From a virus (Duplodnaviria > Caudoviricetes): DNA of 36,317 bases. Every line of letters begins with the position of its first letter. Positions within the stretch are counted from its first letter, which is position 1. The notes under the pieces are model-generated. The model was not told the DNA's origin. It saw nothing but the letters and a program-made list of their open reading frames with translations, and did no database searches. The stretch spans positions 1 through 36,317 of the IMG/VR virus record IMGVR_UViG_3300022936_000021; one strand, written 5' to 3'. The position numbers and the translations under genes are program-made. Positions 25,175-35,073 of the stretch are shown piece after piece.

Positions 25175-25756
25175 ATGAAACAATCAGATATTGAGAAGTG
25201 GCTAGGGCGACCCCTAACACCTAGTGAGAGTGAAAACTTTCAAACGAACCTTAACACAGCTAAGGCATACCTCGAAGACCTGCTTTGCACGAGCTTATCG
25301 TGTGAGGCAGGCGAGAGAGTATACGAGTCACGAGACGGATATACAACTGTATTCACGGACTATTTCACAGGCGACCCAACCGTAACGGTTAATGGGAAAG
25401 CCTACGAAGTAAGTTCACGATTCTTTGATAACCGAAACTCACAGCTTAAAAACTCTATCGTCTTTAAGGATAAGTTCACGTGTAATGATGAAGTTAGTAT
25501 AGACGCAGATTGGGGCTTTAGCCCTATGCCAGCCGACTTAGGGCATCTACTAGCGCAATTGTTTGCAATATCCTCTAAGCCTTACAAGGTACAAGGAGAT
25601 ATTAAGAGCAAGCGAGTAGAAGACTTCCAAGTTACATTTGGCGAAAGGTCTGACGTAGACATACTTACTCAGGCTAATGCTTTAACAATTCAAAAGTACT
25701 CTCTCTGCTCAGTAGGCAATATACGTAGTGGCAAGGTTTGTCGAGTATGGATGTAA
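25175..25756 (+). CDS. Head-tail adaptor (gp6/gp15-like)
   Basis: WGFSPMPADL, IKSKRVEDFQVTF; position after capsid. Confidence 0.75.
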   Translation: MKQSDIEKWLGRPLTPSESENFQTNLNTAKAYLEDLLCTSLSCEAGERVYESRDGYTTVFTDYFTGDPTVTVNGKAYEVSSRFFDNRNSQLKNSIVFKDKFTCNDEVSIDADWGFSPMPADLGHLLAQLFAISSKPYKVQGDIKSKRVEDFQVTFGERSDVDILTQANALTIQKYSLCSVGNIRSGKVCRVWM

Positions 25757-26109
25757 CCGTCTTCGACATTTTCGATCTTCAAGACTACCAATTCCTTACA
25801 GTAGAGCGAGGTGGTGTATATGGTAATCGTATTACTGCTACCTATCAAGCTCAAGGAGTATTTAAGCTCCGCAATGAGATGATAATGGTTAATAATCAAG
25901 AGTTACGACAAAGTGCAGCAACACTTCACGTTCGACCAGATGAGAGTTTTATCACTTCAATCGCAGTCGGACAAGGAGTACGCTGTATGGGTCAAGACTA
26001 TGAGATTATCGGCCAGACTGGTGGTAAGAACTACGACAACGGTGTTTTAGAGCACTACACGCTAAGCTTACAAAATACCGACTACTCAGATTACACGGAG
26101 ACATCGTAA
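25747..26109 (+). CDS. Head closure/stopper protein
   Basis: Size and position; GQDYEII..LEHYTLSL. Confidence 0.65.
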   Translation: MDVTVFDIFDLQDYQFLTVERGGVYGNRITATYQAQGVFKLRNEMIMVNNQELRQSAATLHVRPDESFITSIAVGQGVRCMGQDYEIIGQTGGKNYDNGVLEHYTLSLQNTDYSDYTETS

Positions 26110-26444
26110 TGGCGTTTAAGTCTACATCTAATAGTTGGTTAAGGATCGAGACAGACCGCCTAGACCGTACTGCATCTATTATGGCGCAAGTTATGGTCAA
26201 TAGGGGTGTTATGCTCGCCCCTGAGCTAACAGGAGCTCTAAAGCGCTCAGGACGCGCCGTTAAGAAAGCCAAGGCCAGTTATTCTGCAACCTTTGGTGGT
26301 GCTAACGTAGGCGTTCCATATGCATTAAAGAGAAACTTTGAAAACAGAAAGAACCCTCAGACACTTCACTACTCAGAGAAATCTGGTAAGAGTGTTGAGA
26401 AAGAGGGTGTAGCTAAATACTACAGAATGGCAGGAGGTCAATAA
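26109..26444 (+). CDS. HK97 gp10-like neck/tail component
   Basis: APELTGALKRSG..VPYA. Confidence 0.7.
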   Translation: MAFKSTSNSWLRIETDRLDRTASIMAQVMVNRGVMLAPELTGALKRSGRAVKKAKASYSATFGGANVGVPYALKRNFENRKNPQTLHYSEKSGKSVEKEGVAKYYRMAGGQ

Positions 26445-26842
26445 TGGTTACTCTATCATTTCTAAAACTGTTATCTGAAAGCGGTTTTGGAACAATTGAC
26501 ACCGACCTCTTTTACCAGAAATTAACCCTAGACAAAAAGGGTGTATACATCGCCGACGTAGGTGACGTAATGGGGCGACATAGCCGGGACAGTCAAGGCT
26601 ATGAACTCCTTTCTAGAGGCACAAATGATGTTGACGGTTTAAAGAAGTTACAAGATATACGTAAGTTCCTTGTAGCAGAGTACCAGAACATATGCGAGCT
26701 TCCAGCAGTCCCACCAATAACAACAAGTGAATATAAAGGTGTGCATTTAACCAAGCCGTCTACGATTACTAACGTAGGATTAGACGCACAAAACAGGGTT
26801 ATCTACAGCATTACCGGAAGTATTCTATTTAAGGAGAATTAA
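26444..26842 (+). CDS. Tail terminator-like protein
   Basis: Position; GLDAQNRVIYS. Confidence 0.65.
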   Translation: MVTLSFLKLLSESGFGTIDTDLFYQKLTLDKKGVYIADVGDVMGRHSRDSQGYELLSRGTNDVDGLKKLQDIRKFLVAEYQNICELPAVPPITTSEYKGVHLTKPSTITNVGLDAQNRVIYSITGSILFKEN

Positions 26843-26843
26843 A

Positions 26844-27338
26844 ATGTTCCCAACAGTTTCAAACGCACTTACAGGCGAGACTGAAATCACCATCACTTAC
26901 GAAGGTGAAACACCAGTAACAATCCCATCAAACTTCATCGGTACTTGGACTCCAAGCTTTAGCCCACAGGTTCTTGAGAGCCCACGCCTTAGTGGTACTT
27001 CAAGCCGACCTAACGGACGCTTGGACAACCCAACAGCACAGGCTACGGTTTACCTAAACAGCTTCTCAGATATTCAATACATTATCCCAGCAGTTATGCA
27101 GGGTGATGTAGCAGTTATCGGTTCAACTGGCACATGCTATGTTTCAGAGCCAGCAGAAGTTCGTTTCCACAACCCTTGTGCAGAAGATGACAGCAACGAC
27201 ATTGTGCTTCCTAACGCATTTATTGCCATGGAAGATACAAACGAGCGTAACGCTACTGATGAAGTAGCCGTAATGTTCAACTTCTACCCACAAGCTGGTC
27301 CAGACGGACAAGTACGATACGGTGGTGAATCTAGCTAA
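26844..27338 (+). CDS. Major tail (tube) protein
   Basis: AAGGAG SD, high-expression codon usage, followed by terminator, upstream of chaperones/TMP. Confidence 0.75.
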   Translation: MFPTVSNALTGETEITITYEGETPVTIPSNFIGTWTPSFSPQVLESPRLSGTSSRPNGRLDNPTAQATVYLNSFSDIQYIIPAVMQGDVAVIGSTGTCYVSEPAEVRFHNPCAEDDSNDIVLPNAFIAMEDTNERNATDEVAVMFNFYPQAGPDGQVRYGGESS

Positions 27339-27359
27339 TCACTAGGTAAAAAAGTATAG

Positions 27360-27383
27360 AGACACCCTTCGGGGTGTCTTTTG
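27360..27383 (+). terminator. Intrinsic terminator with cUUCGg loop
   Basis: AGACACCC-TTCG-GGGTGTCT-TTT. Confidence 0.85.
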
Positions 27384-27409
27384 CTTTACTCACGTACTAC
27401 ACAGATAAT
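27381..27409 (+). promoter_or_regulatory. Late-type promoter
   Basis: TTGCTT-TACTCAC...CA-GATAAT with 17-nt spacer. Confidence 0.6.
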
Positions 27410-27452
27410 TAGAGCAGGGAAACTTATATATAATTTGACAACTAGGAGTTGT

Positions 27453-27875
27453 ATGACTGAAATCAGTATTCGTTTATCAAGCTTTAGCGATTTTACAGCA
27501 GTAAATGTTGAAGGCTTGGGTGTTATTAAGGTTAAAAAAGAAAGCTCTAACCAAGGAGCACGTCACTCGGAGATTATCCGTGACATCTTTAAACTACAAG
27601 ATCAAGGCAAAGCGCTTGAGCAGAAAATTAACTCTCTATTAGCAGAAGGTAAAGGGCAAGATGACCCTGAGTTCCTAAAGCTAGAGAAAAAAGGCTCAGA
27701 AGCTCTAGAGAAAATCTCAGAACTACGTACGGAAGACCAGAAGCTACGCAAGTCACGCCTCTCAGATGATGAGGGTGGAAAGCTAGTAGACATGCTATTC
27801 GATAGTGCGAGCGACCAGGACATCGCTAAACTACTTAACATTGAACCAGAGGCTCAGGATGACCAAACCAGTTAG
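27453..27875 (+). CDS. Tail assembly chaperone (G-like)
   Basis: AGGAG SD; between tail tube and TMP. Confidence 0.65.
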   Translation: MTEISIRLSSFSDFTAVNVEGLGVIKVKKESSNQGARHSEIIRDIFKLQDQGKALEQKINSLLAEGKGQDDPEFLKLEKKGSEALEKISELRTEDQKLRKSRLSDDEGGKLVDMLFDSASDQDIAKLLNIEPEAQDDQTS

Positions 27876-28239
27876 TTTCTTAGACAAGATGCCTGATGCT
27901 GAGCGTAAACAGGCCGTAGAACGTGCTGACAAGCGCTTAGAAAAGCAACAGTCTAAAAGAGGGCTCGATGTGCCTCCTATGTTCTTTATGGCCGCAGAGC
28001 TCGGTTATTACTATGGCTGGGAAGCATTGATGGCATTCCGGCGTGGCTATACGCAAAACCTAGAGGGTGAAAAGGAGTTGTTTACTATGCAAGAAGCAAC
28101 ACTTCTTTTAGAGGCTGCACAAAAAGTCTGGTACAAGAAGCTTACTGAGCAGGCACACGCTGGGGTTATTGGTAATTCTTTCACTGTAGGCGGAAGTTAT
28201 CAGGAAGCACTTAAACCATTAGAGGAAATGAGTAGGTAA
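27859..28239 (+). CDS. Tail assembly chaperone (T-like)
   Basis: Overlaps the previous gene; immediately before TMP. Confidence 0.6.
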   Translation: MTKPVSFLDKMPDAERKQAVERADKRLEKQQSKRGLDVPPMFFMAAELGYYYGWEALMAFRRGYTQNLEGEKELFTMQEATLLLEAAQKVWYKKLTEQAHAGVIGNSFTVGGSYQEALKPLEEMSR

Positions 28240-28240
28240 T

Positions 28241-30673
28241 ATGAATAATTCAACCGTTGGGTCTGTATCGTACGACGCTAGTATAAACCTAGCTAGTCTT
28301 AGTGCTTCTATTAAGCAAGCAGACAAAATGGTTGAAGACTCTGACAAGAGACGTTCAAGTACCTCTAATAAAGCAACTTCCGCAACAGATACTAGCTCAG
28401 CTTCTATGCTTAGATTTGCCGGCGGTGCTGCTGCGGCCGCCGCTGCTATTGCACTCGTTGCTACCAATGTATCAGGAGCGGTTAGTCGCTTCGACACACT
28501 GAACAATGCGCCTAAGGTTCTCATGAACATGGGTAACTCTGCACAAGAAAGCCAAGGGGCTATTGCTGCGCTACGTGACGGTATACTTGGATTGCCTACA
28601 AGTCTTGACCAAGCTGCATCCGCATTAACACGCATCTCTGCGGCATCTGGCCTAGGGGCTAAGAGCTCAGCGGCACTTACCTTGGCATTTAATAATATGG
28701 CATTAGCTGGTGGTAAAGGTTCTGCAGAAGCTGAACGTGCATTAGTACAGTTTACCCAGGCACTCGGCAAGGGGACACTACCAGCGCAAGAGTTTAACAC
28801 CCTTGTTGAAGTTATGCCTGCACAGATGGATCAAGTAGCTAAATCTATGCTAGGAGCTGGTGCAAACGCTTATACGCTCCGTGACGCTATGTCTGAGGGT
28901 AAGATTGGCATGGGCGCTTTCTCTGCTGAGATTATCCGGCTAAACCAAGAGGGTGGAGCTAACTTTGCTTCATTCTCACAACAGGCTAAAGATGCTACGG
29001 CTGGTATCGGCACAGGTGTGCAAAATATGCGAGCTGCGGTTACTCGTGGTATCACAGATATTATGGAGTCTATCGGCGGTTCTAGTATTCAGTCTGCTCT
29101 TGAGGGTATAGGGAAAGTATTTGAGAATGTCCTAGGCGGTATTGGGTATACTATTCGTACTGTTCAGGCTGGGTTTGCTCCATTCACAGGTGCTATTAGT
29201 GGTGCGGCTACAGCTACTAACGCACTATTCTCACAGTTTGCACCGTTAATGTCATTATTAGCTCCTGTTGCATCAGTTGCTGGAGGTTCAGCGATAGCAT
29301 TCGCTACTTTAGCAACCTCTGCCTTTATCGCAACTAAAGCAATGGCAGGCTTCAACTCAATACTTGTTCTTGTCTCTCGACACCCAGTTATCGCCGCACT
29401 TTCGCTTATTGCAGGACTTATTACCGGCATAGCTTCAGCTGCTGGAATGGGACAACTTACTGACGAGCTAGACAACGCTGCTGATTCATCCATTGATATT
29501 GGCAAGGCAATGGATGATGCACAAAAAAGTATCATGGGCTCAGCAGATGGAGCTGACGATCTTGCCAAGAAAATGGCAAAGATTAACGAGCAAGTACAAA
29601 AGGTACGAGAGAACTATCGTTATGCACTTGCAGAGTTGGTAAGTGAGAAGAACAAAAACATTGCCACTCTTACAAGCACTTTAAGCGAAGAGCAAAAGGC
29701 ATACGATAACTCTTACGCTCAAAGGCTTGCTTCATTCAGTAAGAACGAAAATGAACAGCTTACAACTCACGCGCAGAAGACACGTGCACTCCAAAATCAA
29801 ATTGACTTCCTTAGTAAGTACAATACTACGGCTAACCAGAAGCAATTGTCACAACTTCAATTCGCCCTTGCTAGAGAAAATGCAGAGTATCAAAAGTCTA
29901 CAGGGTTGCGACAAACTGAGTTTGACAAGCAAACCGAAAGTGAACGCGCTGAGTACGAAAAGCGACGCCTTGCTAACCAGGCACAACTAGATGCTGACCT
30001 AGGTCTACTAAATGCTCACCGTGATGAAGTTAACTCTGTTCGTGGTGTTATGCTCCGTGACCAAATCCAAAACCTACAATACCAGAGAGATGAACAGCTA
30101 AAATCCCTACGAGAACAGGCTACCAACTCACAGACTCAAGGTGGTATCGCAGGTACAGGCTTCTCTAACGCATTTACAAGTGCTCTAAAGAACATGGACG
30201 TAAAGACTACTGGTACTGAAAAAGGTAACGACTTTGTAGCTAAGTTTAACGATGCTATGAAGCTATCTGTAAGTAACCCTAAGAAGTTCTGGGAGCCTAT
30301 GGTTAAGTCATTCGATAACGTCCTAGGTCTTATGTCAGGTAAGCTTGAGATAAAGAACGGACAAATTGTAATGAAGTCCGGCGGAGGCGGAGGCTGGGCT
30401 GACGGTGGGTTCACAGGCACAGGTGGCAAATACGAACCTGCTGGTATCGTACACCGTGGTGAATACGTTATCCCTAAGGAGCAAGTTAACCAGGCTACAG
30501 GACTGCCAAAGGCAGGAGCAGCTGGTGGTGGTCAAAACATTACAGTTAACCTATCTATGAATGGTGTCATGACTTCAACAAGAGCTGATGAGCGTGCTAT
30601 TGCTAGTCGAATGGGTCAACTACTAAACGAAACATTAAGAGCTAAAGGTGCTCCAGTAATACAAGGAATATAA
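28241..30673 (+). CDS. Tape measure protein
   Basis: QFTQALGKG.L..QEFNTL tape-measure domain, Ala/Gly-rich TM region, coiled coil, GGFTG.GGKYEPAGIVHRGEYV. Confidence 0.95.
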   Translation: MNNSTVGSVSYDASINLASLSASIKQADKMVEDSDKRRSSTSNKATSATDTSSASMLRFAGGAAAAAAAIALVATNVSGAVSRFDTLNNAPKVLMNMGNSAQESQGAIAALRDGILGLPTSLDQAASALTRISAASGLGAKSSAALTLAFNNMALAGGKGSAEAERALVQFTQALGKGTLPAQEFNTLVEVMPAQMDQVAKSMLGAGANAYTLRDAMSEGKIGMGAFSAEIIRLNQEGGANFASFSQQAKDATAGIGTGVQNMRAAVTRGITDIMESIGGSSIQSALEGIGKVFENVLGGIGYTIRTVQAGFAPFTGAISGAATATNALFSQFAPLMSLLAPVASVAGGSAIAFATLATSAFIATKAMAGFNSILVLVSRHPVIAALSLIAGLITGIASAAGMGQLTDELDNAADSSIDIGKAMDDAQKSIMGSADGADDLAKKMAKINEQVQKVRENYRYALAELVSEKNKNIATLTSTLSEEQKAYDNSYAQRLASFSKNENEQLTTHAQKTRALQNQIDFLSKYNTTANQKQLSQLQFALARENAEYQKSTGLRQTEFDKQTESERAEYEKRRLANQAQLDADLGLLNAHRDEVNSVRGVMLRDQIQNLQYQRDEQLKSLREQATNSQTQGGIAGTGFSNAFTSALKNMDVKTTGTEKGNDFVAKFNDAMKLSVSNPKKFWEPMVKSFDNVLGLMSGKLEIKNGQIVMKSGGGGGWADGGFTGTGGKYEPAGIVHRGEYVIPKEQVNQATGLPKAGAAGGGQNITVNLSMNGVMTSTRADERAIASRMGQLLNETLRAKGAPVIQGI

Positions 30674-30674
30674 T

Positions 30675-31046
30675 ATGTACGAAATAACACTTACAGACAG
30701 CGCAGGTGCTCACGTATTACCTCCACTAGAGATACCTTTAACTCGTGTATATAACGAGAAAATGACAACAGTAGAGCCCTTGTCAGGTAATGTGTATGAT
30801 GACTACATTGCGACTAAACGAGCATGGTCACACACTTGGCGCTATTTGTCCAAAGAAGAATATGAACTGCTTGATGAGATCTACACTCGAATGAAAGATG
30901 AACGCACCTATCCAGACCTCACTATTACCGGTGAGAATGTTAATGATCTTACCGTTAAATACACTCTTGGTCCTAAGAATATAATTGACGATTGTGGAAT
31001 GGTTGAGGGCGTAAGTATCGGACTTATTGAAACTAGGCAACTATAA
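30675..31046 (+). CDS. Distal tail-like protein
   Basis: Position after TMP; KRAWSHTWRYLS. Confidence 0.65.
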   Translation: MYEITLTDSAGAHVLPPLEIPLTRVYNEKMTTVEPLSGNVYDDYIATKRAWSHTWRYLSKEEYELLDEIYTRMKDERTYPDLTITGENVNDLTVKYTLGPKNIIDDCGMVEGVSIGLIETRQL

Positions 31047-32602
31047 TGCAAATAGTAGGTACAGATTTTAATCAACTCGCAAACGGCGACATTAGGCCGC
31101 TTTCTTGGCGTCTCGACATGGCACTAGAGAAAGTATCCGATCCAGATATAAGCTGGTTCACTCTAGATGTATCTACATTAAACGGTGGAGATATTCTTGG
31201 TATTGATGGAGATGAGATATTCCTGCCTTGGAATTACTTTGAATATACTGATTACTCAGAGCGACTAATATACCAAGCAGTTTCTCGCGAGTTAGAGTTC
31301 CCCTATTCTGTTGTCTCGGCAATCGCTGACTTTCAGGTGAACAACTACGATAAATACTTTACTCCTCATGGTTCAAGCCCAGTTGCTGAGTTTATTCTAC
31401 CTAAACGGCCCGTCAGGCTTCTCCAGGGCTTCGGTAACACAGTTCTACCTCAATTTATGGGTCTGACATCAGGTATGCCAGAAGTAGACCGCTTAGCAGG
31501 TACGGCGACGTTTACGGCTATGGACTTCCTTACGTGGATTTACGACATGCCTATTAGAAATACAATAGCTATGCAAAATGCTCGCACAGACCAAGTATTA
31601 GCTAATATCTTTGAGCAGTTTGGCCTCGCGCCTAGCCAGTTCGACCTCGCTAGAGGGAGGAATGTTATCCCATTCTTATTCTTTGAAAGAGAACAAACAA
31701 CCGCAGGTGATATTATCCGCCCTATTATGCAAGCTGAAATGGGTATGTTATGGCTCGATGAGCAGGGCATTATCCGCTTTCGTCCACGGTTAGAGTTATC
31801 TGAAGACCCAGTATATGTATTTGATAGCGACAATATAGTTTCTCTTGATACAGACGGAGATGATACGATTATTAACCACATAATAGTAAATACAAATGTC
31901 CGTGAAGTGCAGGAATACCAGACTGTTTACTCTAAAAGCCTCAGCGACAATACATTAAATGTTGTACCTGCTGGTGGAACGTATGTAATGCAGGCAAACT
32001 TACAAGACCCTAACCTCACAATTCAAACGCCTACCTTCGGCGAGAACTCCAGCGTATCGTGGTTCACGGCCGAAATACCAAACGGTACTCCTGTTACTTC
32101 CGGTGTGGCAGTATCATCTGTAGAGTTAAAGACAAATACCTACGACATTACATTCTCTAACACTAATGGATTCGACGTTAACATTAGCCAGTTAAGCCTA
32201 TGGGGTCAGCCTGCTAAAGAGATTAGCGTAGAGCCTACTGTTTATGAACTTCGCGACCAAGACTCTGTAGATAAGTACGAAGATATAACCTATACGATTG
32301 ATAATAACTTCATTCAGAGTGTTTCCCAGGCTCGTTCTCTCGGCCAAACTATCCTAAATGAATACTCTGAATACGCAGACGTTATTACAATAGAGGTAAA
32401 GGGAAACCCAGCGTTACAGTTATCTGATATTGTAGATGTAGACTATGAAGAACACGCCGGTCTATATAGGATTATTAAGATCGAAAATAAGCTCCAGGAT
32501 AGCAAGTTTACGCAGATATTAAAGTTACGACTATATACTGACTATGAGTGGTTTCAACTTAACGTATCAACATTAAATGGCACAGACGTGCTAGCGCCGT
32601 AA
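31046..32602 (+). CDS. Tail tip/baseplate hub protein
   Basis: ATFTAMD, LWLDEQGIIRF, GNPALQLSDIV. Confidence 0.75.
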   Translation: MQIVGTDFNQLANGDIRPLSWRLDMALEKVSDPDISWFTLDVSTLNGGDILGIDGDEIFLPWNYFEYTDYSERLIYQAVSRELEFPYSVVSAIADFQVNNYDKYFTPHGSSPVAEFILPKRPVRLLQGFGNTVLPQFMGLTSGMPEVDRLAGTATFTAMDFLTWIYDMPIRNTIAMQNARTDQVLANIFEQFGLAPSQFDLARGRNVIPFLFFEREQTTAGDIIRPIMQAEMGMLWLDEQGIIRFRPRLELSEDPVYVFDSDNIVSLDTDGDDTIINHIIVNTNVREVQEYQTVYSKSLSDNTLNVVPAGGTYVMQANLQDPNLTIQTPTFGENSSVSWFTAEIPNGTPVTSGVAVSSVELKTNTYDITFSNTNGFDVNISQLSLWGQPAKEISVEPTVYELRDQDSVDKYEDITYTIDNNFIQSVSQARSLGQTILNEYSEYADVITIEVKGNPALQLSDIVDVDYEEHAGLYRIIKIENKLQDSKFTQILKLRLYTDYEWFQLNVSTLNGTDVLAP

Positions 32603-32610
32603 GGATAAAT

Positions 32611-32874
32611 ATGAATCTTATTGAAAGCATTACAACACCCTCTCAAGGATTTACTAGCAGCCTTAACGGTAGACTGGTTTTTGACGAGGGACGAGGAAAC
32701 ATTGTGGTTACTGAGCAGAACGGTCAAGAGCGCTCTAAGATGGCTATAGACGGCTTTACAGTGACTCGAACAGACAATACCCGTTATGGGAAGCTAGGAC
32801 AAGCTGATAGTGATGGACGTGATATTCTCGCTATTGCTAAACCAGGGATAAACCTTGTAGATAAAGGTATATAG
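32611..32874 (+). CDS. Minor tail protein
   Basis: Position; AIAKPG motif. Confidence 0.6.
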   Translation: MNLIESITTPSQGFTSSLNGRLVFDEGRGNIVVTEQNGQERSKMAIDGFTVTRTDNTRYGKLGQADSDGRDILAIAKPGINLVDKGI

Positions 32875-32879
32875 AACTA

Positions 32880-33524
32880 ATGGACGGCAGGGATTTTTTA
32901 ATCGAAACCGATTTCCCCACTGACCTCATCGTAGGCGTACAAAGAGGGTCTTTTAGCGTTCCTGCAGATGGTTCAATGCACGAGATATTAGTGCCACATA
33001 ACCTCTTATTTACACCACTCGCACTTGCTAAGTGGTCAACTAACCCCGACTTTGTTCCTAGTTATGACCAAGCTTCTGAACTTGCGCCAACGCCTATATC
33101 TGGGGTGTTTAGGACAAACGCTACGAATCTTAACGTCAGGTCTATTAACTTTACTTCTACTAGCTACACAATGTACTACTTAGTTATTTATCTTATGCCA
33201 TCAGATGTTAACGTATCAGCGCCTTATACAAATAATGACACGGGTGATTTTCTTATAAATACTGACTTTAACCTTAGCAAATTATTACCATTGCCGAATG
33301 TTTTAAATGCCGCATCTGGTACTGTAGATCACAACCTCAACTATTACCCAGCAACAGATGCATGGTGGGAATTAGACGGATGGATAAGTAAGGTAGACGC
33401 GGCACAGTTTGGATTAACAGATAGCCCACAAGTGAGAATAAGCACTACTTCTATTCAGTTTATTTCCGGTATTTCCATAATACCAACAAAGTGGCACTAT
33501 CGATCGTATGCGGAGGCTTTATAA
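32880..33524 (+). CDS. Minor tail protein with internal duplication
   Basis: DFLIETDF/DFLINTDF and PHNLLFTP/DHNLNYYP. Confidence 0.65.
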   Translation: MDGRDFLIETDFPTDLIVGVQRGSFSVPADGSMHEILVPHNLLFTPLALAKWSTNPDFVPSYDQASELAPTPISGVFRTNATNLNVRSINFTSTSYTMYYLVIYLMPSDVNVSAPYTNNDTGDFLINTDFNLSKLLPLPNVLNAASGTVDHNLNYYPATDAWWELDGWISKVDAAQFGLTDSPQVRISTTSIQFISGISIIPTKWHYRSYAEAL

Positions 33525-33946
33525 TGGAACCAAATGACGTACGGATTCAGACAGACTATGGGGTTCTTATGGGTGACAGCGAAAGCAATGTAATATCTAT
33601 AACTATACCTAATAACTTTGTGTTTGACCCCTCTAACCCACTCTTAGCAGAAGCTTTTATAGATGTAGGTACTAACAATGCGTATATACGAGCACGCGCA
33701 AATACAAGTAAGTACCCAGGATGGAGTGTGGGTACTTTCATGTATACTTTTATGCTTTACGACGTTCCTTCTGAGGGAATACCGCCATACGAGGGATTTC
33801 TCTTGTGTTCTTTAACAAGAGTTTCTCCTACAACTATGCGTCTTGCGGCATTTGCTGAGCAAGTTCCTGGAGGTCCACCTTATCGAACAAGAGAGTCAGT
33901 TACCATTACTTTCGTATTTAGTACGTTCCTCTCGCCTTTTATTTAG
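33524..33946 (+). CDS. Minor tail protein
   Basis: GGAGG SD, TAATG coupling. Confidence 0.6.
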   Translation: MEPNDVRIQTDYGVLMGDSESNVISITIPNNFVFDPSNPLLAEAFIDVGTNNAYIRARANTSKYPGWSVGTFMYTFMLYDVPSEGIPPYEGFLLCSLTRVSPTTMRLAAFAEQVPGGPPYRTRESVTITFVFSTFLSPFI

Positions 33947-34446
33947 ATGCCGCAATCACCTCGAAGTAATGCAATCGCTAATTCTTCTCCACTGAGAGGT
34001 TTTAAGTAGGCTAAACAAGTATCAATAGTCCCATCAATTGCTTCGGTTGTGTATAGCTCAGGTCGCGTGTCACGCTTTGCAATGATAGTAGCAGTTACCT
34101 TTCCTAATCGGTGTCCGAGGCTATGTCCCTCTAGTTTTGGTTGGATATTACGGAATACATAGCCAAACATATCATAGTTAGGGACTGGAGTTGGTTCAAC
34201 CGCAGCAGGCTCAGGAGTTGATTGTTGTTCTGATACCACTGGTTCTGATACTGGTGGTGTATTCGTAACAGATTGAACTACTTCTTGTTCTTTCGGAGCT
34301 TCTTTTGGCTTTTCCGTAGACTTATCAACAGTCGTGACTTTAGCTTCTTGCTTCACTTCTTCTTGTGGTTGGCTCATCAATGCTCCAGCGGTAACTCCGC
34401 TAATTAGAGTAATACTTGCAATTGTGATTAAAATCCTTCTTTTCAT
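33943..34446 (-). CDS. Moron: exported or membrane-anchored protein with Pro/Glu linker
   Basis: N-terminal signal/TM; own promoter TTGAAT-N17-TATTAT (34481-34453); antisense to tail genes. Confidence 0.75.
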   Translation of the reverse strand: MKRRILITIASITLISGVTAGALMSQPQEEVKQEAKVTTVDKSTEKPKEAPKEQEVVQSVTNTPPVSEPVVSEQQSTPEPAAVEPTPVPNYDMFGYVFRNIQPKLEGHSLGHRLGKVTATIIAKRDTRPELYTTEAIDGTIDTCLAYLKPLSGEELAIALLRGDCGI

Positions 34447-34485
34447 ACATATATAATACCAGATAACACCAAATAATTCAAGTAT

Positions 34486-34514
34486 TTGCTACTCTCACTT
34501 TATACACAGATAAT
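34486..34514 (+). promoter_or_regulatory. Late-type promoter
   Basis: TTGCTA-CTCTCAC...CA-GATAAT with 17-nt spacer. Confidence 0.65.
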
Positions 34515-34567
34515 GAAAGTATGAACAGGAGTAATCTTATGAATAAAACTTACAGAGGCGGAGTCTA

Positions 34568-35071
34568 ATGGCTAGCGGTACAGGCAACCTTCCAACCCCG
34601 GGCATGAGCTTTAGCCCTTTTGCTATTCTTACTGCTGAGGAACAGAATCAATTAGTAGCTAATATCGAGTCACTCGCCACTGGGGCTGGAATTGGTGATG
34701 CCGCTATCACACCTTCAAAGATAAGTTTTGCAGCTTTATCAACTACTGAGAAATTAGTCGGAACAACTGACACCGGGGCTTCTATTTATGAGCGCGTATT
34801 TAACGGTACTATTACCGTAGGTGCATCGACAAGGAACGTAACTGCTATTACAGTAACAGGAGTCAATGATTTGATCGGATGGTCTGGTTCATTCACTGCC
34901 GGAACAAGGAAATACGCATTAGGTTCAACCTGGGGAACAGTCACAAACACAGACCTTACAGTTACGTCAGCTGTCTATCTTGATGGATCTACGCTTAACT
35001 TGATTACACTCGTAGACCAAAACAGAACAGCTGCACCATATAAAATTATTTTAAGATACACGAAGGTATAG
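34568..35071 (+). CDS. Short tail fibre/receptor-binding-like protein
   Basis: FSPFAILTAEEQNQLVANIE N-terminus; STTEKLVG..IYERVF..YTK. Confidence 0.65.
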   Translation: MASGTGNLPTPGMSFSPFAILTAEEQNQLVANIESLATGAGIGDAAITPSKISFAALSTTEKLVGTTDTGASIYERVFNGTITVGASTRNVTAITVTGVNDLIGWSGSFTAGTRKYALGSTWGTVTNTDLTVTSAVYLDGSTLNLITLVDQNRTAAPYKIILRYTKV

Positions 35072-35073
35072 AC

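Noticed and set aside
19204-30535. Many minus-strand and alternate-frame ORFs within structural genes
   Set aside because: Shadow ORFs from codon bias; no RBS or recognisable motifs
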